DNA of 64,000 nucleotides from Bdellovibrionota bacterium FG-1 (lineage in GTDB: Bacteria > Bdellovibrionota > UBA1018), in the NCBI GenBank assembly GCA_051382295.1, contig JBBCAW010000041.1, positions 30,504 to 94,503 of the forward strand. Reading direction: 5' to 3'. Below the pieces are notes generated by a model, which saw nothing but the letters and a program-made list of their open reading frames with translations, was not told the origin of the DNA and did not search any database. A program made the position numbers and the translations under genes. Of this stretch, positions 32,694 to 42,787 are shown piece by piece (within the stretch, counting starts at the first letter, position 1; each line of letters opens with the position of its first letter).

Positions 32694-34784
32694 ATGCCTC
32701 TGGGAATAACGTTCAAGAAACGTCCAATAGTTACCAATAGTTCCGCCGGAGTAGTGACGGCTCCTCCAGACCGTGCTGATTGGGTGGTGGCTTTCTTTTG
32801 CCTCCTTTTGGGTCTTCTGGGTCTGCGGGCCGTTAACGATCCGGTCTTATGGAACGAATTACTGAGTCGCGAAGGGGTGACCGAGGTGATGGGTTCCCTT
32901 GAACGCAAGCAAGGGGGCGTGCGATTTAAAGCCCATGGGTCCCCCCTCTGGCATGATTTAGTGGTGGGGGCTGAGGATCTTTCAGCGGGCGACACGGTTT
33001 TTACGGCTGAGGATGGCAAGGCTCACCTTTTATTGAAAGATGGAAGTTCCGCGGACATCATGCCGGGGTCGCTCATCGTAGTGGGCCGTACGGCCGAACT
33101 GGAAGGCGGACCAAGCGATTGGCTCAAGGGTGCCTTTCGTGAACTTCTCACGGGGCGCGTGAGTTCTTCTATTTTAAAAGTAGAAAAAGGGTCTGCCAAG
33201 GTCAACCTCAACAAAGATGCCACACCCACTCGTCTCAAGATCAAAGACAAACTCTATATGCTGAGTTCGCACATCGGCGGATCATCCGCCGATGTGACCG
33301 TCGACATTGGCGCAAATCCTGGCGAGGTGAGCGCGCGTTTTTCGTCTGGTTCGGCCGGAAAAGTGCAGATTCAAGAAGAAACCGGTCAAAAAATCTCGGA
33401 GGTCGGCGCGGGCGAAACCGCACTCGTTCGCGAGGGAAGCAAAGGCCTTGAGCTTCAGCCTATTTCGGTGGCTCTGGGGCAGCCGTCACCCGGGGATCGA
33501 CTTTTGCGCAATCCTGAGCAGCCGGTGGCGTTTACCTGGCGGTGGGATAGTGCGGGCATGAATGTCGCGTCCATTGAGCTTACGGATGCGTCGGTGAGTG
33601 ATCAACCTCAAGTGATCAAAATTTCGGGTCCAGAGCAGATTGTCAAAGTTCCGCTCAAAGCTGGAGTTTATCGATGGAGAATCGTGCAAGGGGAGAAGGG
33701 TGCCCGATTTGAAACAAATTGGCGGCAGTTCACGCTGATGAACTTGATCCCTCCCCGGCCAGCCGGTCCCATTGCCGGCACTGTCATTCGGGTTCCAGTG
33801 GGGGCTTCCTCAGCTCCCGTGGTTTTCAGCTGGGTCGGGCAGGGAGCCCCATTTCAGACTGAGCTTGAGTGGAATACATCGCGGACAATCACTTCTCATT
33901 CGGGGCATCAGGCTCAACTTGGGGTGGGCGATTATCAATGGCGAGTTCGTTCAGTGAGTGATGGTGGACGATCTTCGGATTGGTCAGGATGGATTCATTT
34001 TTCAGTGCGCGCGACCAGCTTAGCCAGCAATGCAGAGATGGATTCACCCCTCGTAGTACCGTCCCATCTAAAAAGTGACGTACCCATCCCTGTTTTTACC
34101 CCTACCCCCAGAATTAGGCCTAAAGCCTCCGTTCCGTTTAAGCCAAACGCGGTGGTTGTGCGGGCTCCCATCGCCAAACCTGGGCTAGAGAGCCCAAGCT
34201 TGAAAGCGGGGAGTGGGGTGGGCTCAACCCAGTTAGGCTCTTCTGAAACGTTGGATCAGCTAGCGATTCCGCTCCATTGGGGGGCAGTGCCCGACGCCAA
34301 GTCGTATACCGTCCGAGTATTAGACTTAAAAGGCGTCGAAATCGCCTCTCAGTCAGTGACCCAACCTTCATGGGTTTGGTCGCTTCAGTCTCTCATCGAG
34401 GTCAAGTTTCAATATCAAGTGATAGCCATTCTTGCATCGGGTAAAAAAATAATGAGTTCATGGGTGCCCATCGATATCAAATTAACGGCTCCGCCCTTAA
34501 AGACACCCGTCAACGGCGCAAAAACCGCATTACACACGGCCGGCACGTCTGGGGCAATCCTCATGACTTGGGAGCGGACGGTGTTGACCGAGAAATATGA
34601 ACTGACGATTGCTGAGGACCCTGAGTTTCGAGAGAGGGTACGGACAGAGGTGGTTTCTCGAAATCTCTTTGCGCTCAAAGGAATGAAAGCCGGAACCTTC
34701 TATTGGCGAGTGAGATCCAGGGCTTTTGGGCACTTAAGCGGCTGGAGCGATGTTTCGTCATTTACGCTGACAACAGGCCGTTAG
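32694..34784 (+). CDS. Membrane-anchored FecR-like domain protein with FN3-like repeats
   Basis: TM then GDTVFT..A.L.L.DGS FecR signature; repeated Y.WRVRS..SDWS FN3-like motifs; Pro-rich linker. Confidence 0.75.
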   Translation: MPLGITFKKRPIVTNSSAGVVTAPPDRADWVVAFFCLLLGLLGLRAVNDPVLWNELLSREGVTEVMGSLERKQGGVRFKAHGSPLWHDLVVGAEDLSAGDTVFTAEDGKAHLLLKDGSSADIMPGSLIVVGRTAELEGGPSDWLKGAFRELLTGRVSSSILKVEKGSAKVNLNKDATPTRLKIKDKLYMLSSHIGGSSADVTVDIGANPGEVSARFSSGSAGKVQIQEETGQKISEVGAGETALVREGSKGLELQPISVALGQPSPGDRLLRNPEQPVAFTWRWDSAGMNVASIELTDASVSDQPQVIKISGPEQIVKVPLKAGVYRWRIVQGEKGARFETNWRQFTLMNLIPPRPAGPIAGTVIRVPVGASSAPVVFSWVGQGAPFQTELEWNTSRTITSHSGHQAQLGVGDYQWRVRSVSDGGRSSDWSGWIHFSVRATSLASNAEMDSPLVVPSHLKSDVPIPVFTPTPRIRPKASVPFKPNAVVVRAPIAKPGLESPSLKAGSGVGSTQLGSSETLDQLAIPLHWGAVPDAKSYTVRVLDLKGVEIASQSVTQPSWVWSLQSLIEVKFQYQVIAILASGKKIMSSWVPIDIKLTAPPLKTPVNGAKTALHTAGTSGAILMTWERTVLTEKYELTIAEDPEFRERVRTEVVSRNLFALKGMKAGTFYWRVRSRAFGHLSGWSDVSSFTLTTGR

Positions 34785-34854
34785 TTCATTTTCCATAATT
34801 TTTCCTTGACCTCCTTTTGAGTTCTGTATAAAAACGCGGTTCGACTGATCATGC

Positions 34855-34931
34855 GCGGGAGTAGCTCAGTTGGCTAGAGCGCCACGTTGCCAACGTGGAG
34901 GTCGAGGGTTCGAGCCCCTTTTCCCGCTCCA
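34855..34931 (+). tRNA. tRNA-Gly (GCC)
   Basis: GCGGGAG acceptor stem, CCACG-TT-GCC-AA-CGTGG anticodon arm, GGTTCGAG T-loop, encoded CCA. Confidence 0.97.
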
Positions 34932-34992
34932 TTTTTTTCAAGTCATTCATGACTCGATTTTCTTATCTTAATTCTACAAGTAGCTGAAGCTT

Positions 34993-35541
34993 ATGAAGAT
35001 CTACACGAAACAGGGGGACGCTGGTGAGACAGGCCTTTTTGGCAATGTCCGAGTTCCTAAGGATGATCTGCGCATCCAGAGTTACGGCGCCTTAGATGAA
35101 CTCAATGCCGCCCTAGGGATCGTGTTAGCGCGACAAGAACTGTCCTCGGAGTTACGAAATCAATTAAGTAGAATTCAGGCTGAGCTTTTTCAATTAGGTG
35201 CTGAACTTGCCACTCCTCGTGGAAAGACTACACGGGTCCGTCTACTGGGAAACAGCGAGATTCAGCACATGGAACAGGACATTGATACGATGGAAGCGGT
35301 TTTACCGCCCCTATCCACCTTTATCCTACCGGGCGGCTGTCTTTGCTCCGCAGACCTCCATCTGGCGCGGACCATGAGTCGACGAACCGAGAGAGAAATG
35401 ACTTCACTTCATCGGGCGGAGCCTCTTCGACCTGTCGTGCTTCAATACATCAACCGGTTGAGCGATTTCCTTTTTGTATGTGCTCGTGTTGCCAACCATC
35501 AGCAAGGTGTGGCGGACATTCCCTGGGTAGCACCCACCTAA
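34993..35541 (+). CDS. pduO: ATP:cob(I)alamin adenosyltransferase, PduO type
   Basis: KIYTKQGDAGET, DELNA, FILPGG, YINRLSDFLF motifs. Confidence 0.92.
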   Translation: MKIYTKQGDAGETGLFGNVRVPKDDLRIQSYGALDELNAALGIVLARQELSSELRNQLSRIQAELFQLGAELATPRGKTTRVRLLGNSEIQHMEQDIDTMEAVLPPLSTFILPGGCLCSADLHLARTMSRRTEREMTSLHRAEPLRPVVLQYINRLSDFLFVCARVANHQQGVADIPWVAPT

Positions 35542-35552
35542 AACAGGGGGTT

Positions 35553-36221
35553 CTAGTTCTTCTTATGAGCAGATCTCGCTCGCTTGGCCGCAAGACGAGC
35601 GGCGCGGGCTTGAAGCTTGAGTTCACGCTTCTTCCTCATCGCCTTAAAAAATCCAACGATATAGTCTTTAGCTGACCAAAGACTGATCCCTAGCGAAATG
35701 TACAGTAGGACCATCCCGAGTGTATAAACAGGAAGGGTCCAGAGATTGCGTACCATAATCAAAGGGATAGCGACCATCTGGGTTGCTGTTTTCCACTTGG
35801 CTGATTCTGAGGCCGAAATAATCAGCCCCTCAGCACTTGCCAAGGCACGAAGGCCTGTAATCGCCATTTCGCGGCAAATCAGCAAGATGACTACGATCGG
35901 ATGAATGCGTCCCAGTTCTTGCAACATGATGAGCGAAGAAACGACCAAAAATTTGTCCGCTAACGGATCCATGAGCTTGCCGTAGACGGTGACAACCTGC
36001 TGTTTTCGCGCAAGATAGCCATCAAAGAAATCCGTAATGCTAGCAACCGTAAAAGCAAATCCGGCCCAAAAGTCAGTATTCTCTCGGTGAAGCATCAAAA
36101 GCGCGACCACCAAAGGAACGAACGCCATCCGAAGCAAGGTGAGTTGGTTCGGGGTGGTATTAAAGGTCAATTCGTCCGACTTCTTGTGGAGGTCGGCTGA
36201 GGAGGTCTCTAAGGTCGACAC
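35553..36221 (-). CDS. pgsA: CDP-diacylglycerol--glycerol-3-phosphate 3-phosphatidyltransferase
   Basis: PNQLTLLR, TDFFDGYLAR, GKLMDPLADK, KWKTATQM motifs. Confidence 0.95.
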   Translation of the reverse strand: MSTLETSSADLHKKSDELTFNTTPNQLTLLRMAFVPLVVALLMLHRENTDFWAGFAFTVASITDFFDGYLARKQQVVTVYGKLMDPLADKFLVVSSLIMLQELGRIHPIVVILLICREMAITGLRALASAEGLIISASESAKWKTATQMVAIPLIMVRNLWTLPVYTLGMVLLYISLGISLWSAKDYIVGFFKAMRKKRELKLQARAARLAAKRARSAHKKN

Positions 36222-36315
36222 GTTTTTACGGTAAAGGGGGCTGGCACTGTTTGTCCAGTGCTCTTGTGGGTAGGTTCATCTTGGTCGCAAGCCTTCCTTG
36301 AGTTAGAATAGAAAA

Positions 36316-36990
36316 GTGGGACTGAAAATTTGGTTTTTTGCTGCAATCCTGACAGGATGCGGAATTGACGCGATATGCTATGGGTCGGAAGTGGCGCCCG
36401 CCATTTCTGGTCTCCTCAAGTCTTCATTGCTCAAGCGGGTGGTTTCGGATCGGGAAATCCTCACAAACGCACACTTAGACGATAGGCGTTATTCTTATTA
36501 TGTGGCCATGCTGGTTCACTCCAGTCTGGCGCGCACCCGAAAAATTTTAACTCATTACCCTTTGTATTCGAAGCTGATTTCGTACGTCGATCGGGCCGAT
36601 TATTCCCCGGGTACACACATTTTGGACGTGGAAGGCGGAGTCTGGATGTTTCGCATGCGAAGCTGGGTTCGTTTTGAAGAGCGTGGCCTTGGCTGGATCC
36701 ATTACAAAGTGGTGGGCGGGCGCTATTTCGTAGGCCTCGAAGGAAACATCTATTTTGAATCAGGACCTGAAAAGGGGACTTTGGTCTATTTTGATGGGGC
36801 TCAACAGGGAGATCATTGGCCCCCCCGCGTTGTCATTGAGAGAGGTGCTGAAATAGTTTTTGGATTTACTGCGCGACGCATGCGAAACTATTTGGAGTCA
36901 AATGAGGATGCGCCTCCCGTTGGAGCGCCTATAGGAGACTCTCAACGTCATGACGACGAAACCATTCCAAAGCCTCGAGCTCATCTCTAA
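36316..36990 (+). CDS. Secreted START/SRPBCC-like hypothetical protein
   Basis: Signal-like N-terminus; helix-grip-like pattern (KILTHYPLYSKLISYV, strands, C-terminal helix). Confidence 0.5.
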   Translation: MGLKIWFFAAILTGCGIDAICYGSEVAPAISGLLKSSLLKRVVSDREILTNAHLDDRRYSYYVAMLVHSSLARTRKILTHYPLYSKLISYVDRADYSPGTHILDVEGGVWMFRMRSWVRFEERGLGWIHYKVVGGRYFVGLEGNIYFESGPEKGTLVYFDGAQQGDHWPPRVVIERGAEIVFGFTARRMRNYLESNEDAPPVGAPIGDSQRHDDETIPKPRAHL

Positions 36991-37684
36991 TTCCCCCCCC
37001 CCTCAGCCTCCGCGGCACCCAGGAGAGCGAAGGCGCCTTCCACGCCTCAATTTAACTGCTGAACAGTTTCGACTTTCGTTGAACGGCAAGATCTTTTCGG
37101 TCACAGATCTTTCATCGGACGGTCTGGCGCTTCGAATTTTGGAGCAAGCTGATTTTTTGCTTTTTCCAGTGGCTACGGTTTTTGAGGGAACCATCAATCT
37201 CAAAGGTGAGAAATACGACATCCGTGCCAAAGTGCGCCACATTGCGCCTGAATCGGTGGGTTGCCAATTCGAATCGATTTCTGAAATAACCCGTAATGCT
37301 TTAACCCGGTTTTTAGATCCGGTGGCCCTCGGAAGGGAGCTTAGACCCATTCCCTCATCTGAAAGCGGAACGCTTTGGTACCATGGGCCTTCTGGGACAG
37401 ATTTACTTCTAAAGCGTGGAACAGATGGACAATACCACCGTATGACGCTTTACGTTCAGGGGAATTTTATGCAGTGGTCCGAGGAGCAGGGACTCATCAC
37501 CGGGCGGGCTTGTCCGAGTGATGAACAGGGTGAAACGCGCGGCATTTTGCGGATCGAGACGCTCTGGTTGGTTTCAGATAGCGACAAGGACCGTGACAAG
37601 CTTGCAGTTGCAAAAACCCTCATCCTGAGTTCTAACCTTTCTGAAGACTTAAAAAAGTGGTGTGTCCGCAAACTCGAAGGTTAA
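36950..37684 (+). CDS. PilZ-domain protein
   Basis: RRRLPR and DLSSDG c-di-GMP-binding motifs. Confidence 0.8.
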   Translation: MTTKPFQSLELISNSPPPQPPRHPGERRRLPRLNLTAEQFRLSLNGKIFSVTDLSSDGLALRILEQADFLLFPVATVFEGTINLKGEKYDIRAKVRHIAPESVGCQFESISEITRNALTRFLDPVALGRELRPIPSSESGTLWYHGPSGTDLLLKRGTDGQYHRMTLYVQGNFMQWSEEQGLITGRACPSDEQGETRGILRIETLWLVSDSDKDRDKLAVAKTLILSSNLSEDLKKWCVRKLEG

Positions 37685-37697
37685 GCAGGAAGGCATT

Positions 37698-38651
37698 ATG
37701 GATAGAAATTTTGCATTGGAATTTGTTCGGGTGACCGAGGCGGCTGCACTAGAAAGTGCGCGACTTATGGGACGTGGCGACGAAAAGGCAGCTGACCATG
37801 CTGCCGTTGAAGCCATGCGAAAAGCCCTCAATCAGATCCAGTTTGATGGCACAGTCGTCATCGGCGAAGGGGAGCGGGATGAGGCTCCGATGCTTTATAT
37901 CGGGGAAAAGGTCGGCAAAGGACAGGGGCAAAAACTGGATCTTGCTTTGGATCCGCTTGAAGGCACCACGATCTGTGCCCAGGGCGGTACCAATTCTATT
38001 TCCGTAATCGCGATTGCCGAAGAAGGTAAGTTTTTGCACGCTCCAGATACGTACATGCAAAAAATCGCGGTGGGCCCGGACGCTCGAGGGGCAATCGACC
38101 TGAAGGCTTCGGCCACTGAAAACCTCAAGAACATCGCGCAGGCCAAAAAGTGCAATGTTGAGGATCTCACGATCGTGATTTTGGACCGCCCGAGGCATAT
38201 CGAACTGATCGCCGAGGTTCGTAAAACCGGAGCGCGCATTCATCTCATTGGTGACGGGGATGTTTCAGCCGGCATCGCAACGTGTAAGCGGGATAGCGGG
38301 GTCGACGTTCTCATGGGATCCGGCGGTGCTCCTGAGGGGGTGATTACCGCGGCGGCTTTGCGCTGTATGGGTGGGGATTTTCAAGGCCAACTCATTTTTA
38401 GAAAAGAGGACGAACGTGAGCGAGCCCGAAAGATGGGAATCACTGATTTCAACCGAATCTATGGAATTGATGAACTCGCGCAGGGCAATGTGATGTTTTG
38501 TGCGACTGGCGTGACGCAAGGTACGTTTTTGAATGGTGTCAGATTTTTTAGCGGGGGCGCCCATACCACCTCAGTGGTGATGCGGTCCTTGTCGGGTACG
38601 ATTCGGTTTATCGAAGCCGAACACCACTTTGATCGCAAACCCAGGTATTGA
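37698..38651 (+). CDS. glpX: Class II fructose-1,6-bisphosphatase
   Basis: VIGEGERDEAPMLYIGE, DPLEGT, DGDV, GGAPEGV motifs. Confidence 0.96.
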   Translation: MDRNFALEFVRVTEAAALESARLMGRGDEKAADHAAVEAMRKALNQIQFDGTVVIGEGERDEAPMLYIGEKVGKGQGQKLDLALDPLEGTTICAQGGTNSISVIAIAEEGKFLHAPDTYMQKIAVGPDARGAIDLKASATENLKNIAQAKKCNVEDLTIVILDRPRHIELIAEVRKTGARIHLIGDGDVSAGIATCKRDSGVDVLMGSGGAPEGVITAAALRCMGGDFQGQLIFRKEDERERARKMGITDFNRIYGIDELAQGNVMFCATGVTQGTFLNGVRFFSGGAHTTSVVMRSLSGTIRFIEAEHHFDRKPRY

Positions 38652-38660
38652 GGAACAGAG

Positions 38661-39089
38661 ATGGCACAAGCCGAGATTCAGGAAATTTTATCAGTGAGTA
38701 AGGATAAACTTTGGGAGGCGATTGTTCGTTACGAAGAGTACCCCACGTTTGTCGAAGGCTGCACCCAGGTTCACGTTGAACGCAAGAAAAAGGGGCAAGC
38801 GCGGGCGACCTATCATATTTCGATGATGAAGGACGTGGTTTATACCCTGGACCATAAAGAAAGCAAAGACGAAGGAGTGGTCGAGTGGACGCTGGTGGAA
38901 AGCGATTTTTTCAAAAAGAATATCGGCCGTTGGGAACTCAAAGAAGTCGGCCCCGGCAAAACCTCCGTTCGTTATGCCCTCGATGTGGAGTTTAAGATTC
39001 CCGTTCCAGGATTAATCTTAAATCGTCTCGTTAAGGGAAGCCTGCCCGGCATGGTCAAAAGCTTCGAAAAACAGGCCAAAAAAGGCTAA
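38661..39089 (+). CDS. SRPBCC/polyketide cyclase (RatA/Coq10-like) protein
   Basis: YEEYPTFV motif and START-fold length. Confidence 0.8.
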   Translation: MAQAEIQEILSVSKDKLWEAIVRYEEYPTFVEGCTQVHVERKKKGQARATYHISMMKDVVYTLDHKESKDEGVVEWTLVESDFFKKNIGRWELKEVGPGKTSVRYALDVEFKIPVPGLILNRLVKGSLPGMVKSFEKQAKKG

Positions 39090-39100
39090 AAAGGTTCACC

Positions 39101-39415
39101 ATGGGAGATGATCTAAAATCAAAATCCGCCGAAGTCATGAAGAAGATGTTGACGGTGGGGGTTGGAACTATTTTCCTAACTGAGGAAGCCCTGCGCGGGA
39201 TGGTTTCAGAATGGAAACTCCCTAAAGAGGTCATCAGCGCGATCATGGAAAGTTCTCGCAAAACCAAGAACGAACTGTTTCAGATGATTTCGCACGACGT
39301 ATTCTCGAAAATCGTCGATCAGGTAGACCCTATTGCGCTGATTCAGGAGTTTATTACACGCAACGACTTTGAGTTGAATATTAAGATCGCGGTTAAACCC
39401 AAAAAGCACGATTAA
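39101..39415 (+). CDS. Hypothetical protein (phasin-like N-terminus)
   Basis: KKMLTVGVGTIFLTEE pattern. Confidence 0.6.
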   Translation: MGDDLKSKSAEVMKKMLTVGVGTIFLTEEALRGMVSEWKLPKEVISAIMESSRKTKNELFQMISHDVFSKIVDQVDPIALIQEFITRNDFELNIKIAVKPKKHD

Positions 39416-39422
39416 AGACATT

Positions 39423-40454
39423 TCAATCGCATTTGCCCCCGTAGATCAAAACGAGCTGTTTGAACAGGTCTTCGTCCACTTTCATGGCAAGCTTTTCTTT
39501 CATGAAGTGAAGCGCTTCAAAGGGCGTGCGTGCCTGAGAATAACTACGATTGGTCGTCAGAGCGTTAAAAATATCGCAAATACCCACAATTCGAGAAAAC
39601 AAGTCCATTTCGAGTGATTTTTTTCCAAAGGGATACCCAGTGCCATTTTTGTCTTCGTGGTGCTCTAAAATGGCGTTTTTAGCACGAATACTGATGAGTG
39701 GATTGACTTTGACGATTTCGAAGCCTTCGACCGGATGGGCGTGCATTTCATCCCATTCATTCGGATCCAATGGGCCCGGTTTGTTGATGATTTCTTTTTT
39801 GATCTTGGTTTTGCCGATATCATGCAAAAGCCCTGCGGTACCGAGATCCGTTAACTCGTGTTCGCGTGTGATGCCGTTTTTCTTGCCTAAAATGATACAT
39901 TGAACCGCAGTTCCCACCGAGTGCTGGAGCGTGTAGGGATCATGACTGGAGAGCCGTGATAAAAGGAAATAGGCTTTGGGTTCTTTCATGATGGCATAAA
40001 CAAAAGATCCCACCAACTTCGCGCTCTTATTAATGTTTTCAGGCGATGGGTTTTCAAAGAGGTCTTCACATACCAAAATAGCCGTGCGTCGCAAGCCCTC
40101 CATGCGTTTATCGATTTCAAGAGAGGGTTCAATGGAGCCATTTCGGGAGCCCAAGAATAAATCCTCCGCAAACGCTAGAAGCCCCGCTAATTCAGACTGA
40201 TGAATCCACACCGTGGGTTGCAGTAAAAGCGCTAGGGCCGAGCAAGGTTGATCGGGAGTGCGCATGCGTTCAAACTCTTTTGAAGCCTTCAAACGATAAA
40301 AAGATATGGGGGGAAGGTGAGGGATATCATCTTCGGACGATTTAAAAAAAGTCGCGGTTGGAACCTCAAAAAACTCACCTTGTTGGTGCAAGCGTCCCGC
40401 ATAAACCAGTTCCAGTGCCCGCTGATGGGCTCTCAGTTGAGAATCTTCGCTCAT
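39423..40454 (-). CDS. HD-GYP c-di-GMP phosphodiesterase
   Basis: YTLQHS, HDIGK, HHE..GTGYP, DIFNALT..RSY motifs. Confidence 0.9.
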   Translation of the reverse strand: MSEDSQLRAHQRALELVYAGRLHQQGEFFEVPTATFFKSSEDDIPHLPPISFYRLKASKEFERMRTPDQPCSALALLLQPTVWIHQSELAGLLAFAEDLFLGSRNGSIEPSLEIDKRMEGLRRTAILVCEDLFENPSPENINKSAKLVGSFVYAIMKEPKAYFLLSRLSSHDPYTLQHSVGTAVQCIILGKKNGITREHELTDLGTAGLLHDIGKTKIKKEIINKPGPLDPNEWDEMHAHPVEGFEIVKVNPLISIRAKNAILEHHEDKNGTGYPFGKKSLEMDLFSRIVGICDIFNALTTNRSYSQARTPFEALHFMKEKLAMKVDEDLFKQLVLIYGGKCD

Positions 40455-40618
40455 CTGCTCATCATAACCTGCTTTTGAGTAGGCGTGTACTACTGCCCAA
40501 TCTTTAGGCAGTTCGAAATGCTACCACTGCTCAATACCGGTAAGAGTGGTGGGTGTTAACCTATTGAATTAATTACATTAAATCAAAAATTGAAAAATAA
40601 AACGAAACCAGTTGGAAC

Positions 40619-40634
40619 TGGCACCTTGCTTGCT
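40619..40634 (+). promoter_or_regulatory. sigma54 -24/-12 promoter
   Basis: TGGCACCTTGCTTGCT upstream of ATG 40707. Confidence 0.75.
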
Positions 40635-40706
40635 CCAAGTATCAACCGTGATGTCTCTGCTGAAGTACATATCGTTGATGTTGAGTTGACCAGAGGAGTG
40701 CCCCAG

Positions 40707-41015
40707 ATGTCTGCAACCCGTGATAAGTCCCAAAAATTTACATTTGTTTATTCCAATCTTTATTCCATTTACAAGAAAGGTTTAAAAACCGAAAATTCGG
40801 TTTCCGTATCCGCCCCCCCCCCGGCTCCAGCACCTGTTATTCGAAGCTACACGCCCGCGGAACTGATCGGTAAGCGCGTCCCACGTCCCGCAGTCATTCG
40901 AACGGATGCGGAGTCACCTATTCAAAGTTTGAAGCAAAACCTTCAGCAGTTAAATGAACTCCAGGCGAGGCTTCGTTTTATGCTGAAAGAGCTTGAAGAA
41001 CTGATTAAAGAATAA
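40707..41015 (+). CDS. Small hypothetical protein with C-terminal coiled coil
   Basis: GAGGAG RBS before ATG 40707; C-terminal RLRFMLKELEELIKE helix. Confidence 0.65.
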   Translation: MSATRDKSQKFTFVYSNLYSIYKKGLKTENSVSVSAPPPAPAPVIRSYTPAELIGKRVPRPAVIRTDAESPIQSLKQNLQQLNELQARLRFMLKELEELIKE

Positions 41016-41024
41016 CCCCAGTCG

Positions 41025-42200
41025 CTATTTAGGTTCTTCGATTTTTGCCAGTGGAATATTTTCCGGAAATTTAGGTCGTTCCACTCGGACCCGCGAAGGT
41101 TTTTCTTTGACTGGGCTCTTGTAAGGATTACCCGCCTTTTTCGGAACCCGGACCGTCAGTTGTTCGCCATCAAATTCACGACTCATTTTGTTGGCGTCGA
41201 CCGGCCAAGCAATTGGAAAAGTTTCCAAAAAAGATTGATACGAACTAGTGCCTTGCTGACGACCGGGCTCGAGTTCCAGCTTTTCTTCACTGCGCCTGTT
41301 TCCGGTCATGACCAGTTGATTCCCTTTGACGGCCACCGAAACATTCTTTTGTTCATGAATGGGAATGGTCGCGGTGAGGATGTATTCATCAGCATTTTCT
41401 TCCATCCGCGCGTCAAGGGATAACATTCGATAAAAAGGGTCTTTTTGGCGAGTTTCATAAGCTGAAAGTTTGCGCGTATAGTCTTGTCTGACCTCGCGTA
41501 TCGCTCGACTGGCCCGTTGGTCGAGGTCCTGAAGCGTTTTGTCATGCTCAGCGACCTGGCCCTCATATTGGCGGTGAAAAGTCTCTTCTGCCTTTTGATT
41601 GGATTCTAGGGTGTTGCCCTTTGCTTTTTGATATTCATCCTGCGAGGCGGCTTGAATAGCCTTGATCTTAACGTCCTGCATTCCTTTCATCTCTTCGGTA
41701 CGTCTCTGATATTGAGCTTCTCTGGCTTTGGTTTCATCCTGCTGGGTGCGCGTTTTGTATTCCACTTCGCTATTGGATCGTGCGTCAATTTCCCTCGTTT
41801 TTTGAGATCCGTCTCGGGTTATGTTCGCTAAGGTATCGCGATAGTAAGTTTTAGACTTTTCAAGTTCACGTTCGCCCTCGCGCCGAGTGCGATTCAGGTC
41901 AGCCTGCTGTACACGCTGCATTTCTCGCAGTTCTTCGTAACCCTTGTTTCGTTGTTTTTCGAGCAGGTCACTTTGCCGAGTGGTCTCTTCTTCTTCGTGT
42001 TTTTCGTAGCGGTCACGCATGGAGTCGATCCGCTCGCTCGCCACGCGCTGGGCTTCATCGACGCCCTGAGAAGCGGTCGCAATACGACGGTTCGCCTCCC
42101 GTTCAGCTTCATAGGCTCGATCCTCGGGCGAATTCAAAGCGGCTGATGATCGTCCTTTCTGCGTCGCATGACTGGGACTGCCGATCGGAGGAAGAGCCAT
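41025..42200 (-). CDS. Long coiled-coil protein with C-terminal Hsp20/alpha-crystallin domain
   Basis: About 250 aa E/R/Q-rich coiled coil, then VSVAVKGNQLVMTG...VDANK...GEQLTVRVPK. Confidence 0.8.
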   Translation of the reverse strand: MALPPIGSPSHATQKGRSSAALNSPEDRAYEAEREANRRIATASQGVDEAQRVASERIDSMRDRYEKHEEEETTRQSDLLEKQRNKGYEELREMQRVQQADLNRTRREGERELEKSKTYYRDTLANITRDGSQKTREIDARSNSEVEYKTRTQQDETKAREAQYQRRTEEMKGMQDVKIKAIQAASQDEYQKAKGNTLESNQKAEETFHRQYEGQVAEHDKTLQDLDQRASRAIREVRQDYTRKLSAYETRQKDPFYRMLSLDARMEENADEYILTATIPIHEQKNVSVAVKGNQLVMTGNRRSEEKLELEPGRQQGTSSYQSFLETFPIAWPVDANKMSREFDGEQLTVRVPKKAGNPYKSPVKEKPSRVRVERPKFPENIPLAKIEEPK

Positions 42201-42517
42201 TAATGCTTTTCCTCGATCCTTCCGACCAAGTTATTTTCGACGATGCAAAAATAGGTGCGAACGACTGTATCAAAGGTCCGCTTATCGAGTTGATCGAGCA
42301 ACGCGCGCTTCTGCGCGATGGTGGGCTCTTGAATGAGTTTTTCGATAATGGGTTCGGCAGCGTAGGCCTCTGCTTCAGTTAAAAGATTAGACTGTCGTCC
42401 ATGCCCACGGAAAATCCGACGCAGGTCTCGAGTTTCAAATAAAATGTGATTACCGCGAAGTGATTGTTCGATGAGGTACTCAACTTGGTCCATTTGAGGC
42501 TTTGGAATTTGAATCAC
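42200..42517 (-). CDS. Hypothetical protein
   Basis: 105 aa; GGAAGG SD; stop/start overlap with the Hsp20 gene. Confidence 0.7.
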   Translation of the reverse strand: MIQIPKPQMDQVEYLIEQSLRGNHILFETRDLRRIFRGHGRQSNLLTEAEAYAAEPIIEKLIQEPTIAQKRALLDQLDKRTFDTVVRTYFCIVENNLVGRIEEKH

Positions 42518-42787
42518 TTGACCTTCCTTCCTTGGAAGAGAGTGGTGGAAGGGAGCGGGCTTCCTGCCCGATCATTGCCTTCCTATTCTTAAGAATAAGG
42601 CTCTCTGCCAGAATGTGCAAGCTGTCGGGTAACTACCCGGATTTTGCCTCAGAGGAGGCCTACCCGCCCGTCAGGGCATTGACGTGGAATGCATAAGACA
42701 TCAAGGCAGCAAGAAAAAGGCCAAAGTGTCAAAATTAACACAGGGGTGGGTTTGACTCTCTTTGAAAAGCCAATCACAATAGTCATT

